Assembly: GCA_963698035.1 (NCBI GenBank) | Contig: OY969114.1 | Coordinates: 540,001-572,000 of the forward strand | Direction of reading: 5' to 3' | DNA from: Candidatus Saccharimonadota bacterium | GTDB taxonomy: Archaea; Micrarchaeota; Micrarchaeia; Micrarchaeales; Micrarchaeaceae | Length of the DNA: 32,000 nucleotides | Shown: positions 31,781 to 32,000 of the stretch, one piece after another | Numbering within the stretch: position 1 is the first letter of the stretch | Layout: every line of letters starts with the position of its first letter | Position numbers and translations under genes: made by a program | Notes under the pieces: model-generated | The model's database searches: none | Seen by the model: the letters and a program-made list of their open reading frames with translations, nothing else | Told to the model about the DNA's origin: nothing

Positions 31781-32000
31781 ATGGAAAAACAACGCAATGG
31801 TTCTATATCTAATTCCAAAGTCGAGCTTGAGAAGAAAATAGTCGACCAAGAAGCACTTTATTTTTATTATATAAACGAATTACAGATTCCAAGAGGTCGG
31901 TATAAAGATAAGGAAGAAGCAGAGCGCAGAATGCCAAAGGAAGAAACGACTGTATTTAAAACTGGAAATAAGAAACTTATCTTTGTTGGTGGAGTGCATA
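31781..32000 (+). CDS. Hypothetical protein, 5' fragment running off the window; possibly the start of a P-loop NTPase/kinase
   Basis: The frame is open from the ATG at 31781 to the window edge (73 codons). It ends '...KKLIFVGGVH', which looks like the strand preceding a Walker A loop. The region is AT-rich. Confidence 0.35.
   Translation, partial: MEKQRNGSISNSKVELEKKIVDQEALYFYYINELQIPRGRYKDKEEAERRMPKEETTVFKTGNKKLIFVGGVH

Overview
Archaeal chromosomal segment, densely coded on both strands. The backbone is housekeeping: r-proteins L18e, L13, S9, S2, S15, S3Ae and L21e; RNA polymerase subunits D, N and F; a TBP-domain protein; type IA topoisomerase; LeuRS; CTP synthase; RtcB; ThpR/LigT; a TrmI-like methyltransferase; and two intron-containing tRNAs with clean bulge-helix-bulge (BHB) motifs. 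Codon usage (AGG/AGA Arg, ATA Ile, AAG Lys) and a non-canonical tRNA intron suggest a small-genome DPANN (Micrarchaeota-like) or Thermoplasmata-like archaeon. Lineage cannot be established without a database search. I found no CRISPR array, transposase, integrase or rRNA. Points worth attention: (1) Two paralogous loci about 15 kb apart (7.1-9.7 kb and 22.3-24.6 kb) encode class III signal-peptide (archaeal type IV pilin-like) proteins. One lies next to an A24 prepilin peptidase; the other starts 5 nt after a MoxR AAA+ ATPase gene. The two large pilin-plus-lectin-like genes are mosaics: 477 bp and 46 bp are identical and flank a diverged ~500-bp segment. The second copy has a TTG start and a 1-nt deletion, so it may be a silent or phase-off cassette. 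(2) A 108-aa protein corresponds to a single TBP repeat (half-size TBP). (3) tRNA-Pro(GGG) carries a 16-nt BHB intron in the T-loop (position 59/60). (4) A lower-GC glycosylation island has one Dol-P-sugar-synthase-like GT2 flanked by two large GT-C-type membrane proteins; it is a candidate for modifying the Ser/Thr-rich, sequon-rich pilin-like proteins. (5) rpoF, the 5' end of the DUF655 gene and adhesin copy 2 each show a single-base frame disruption. These are either real or a sign of draft-quality sequence. All family calls come from motif recognition by eye, not from searches.
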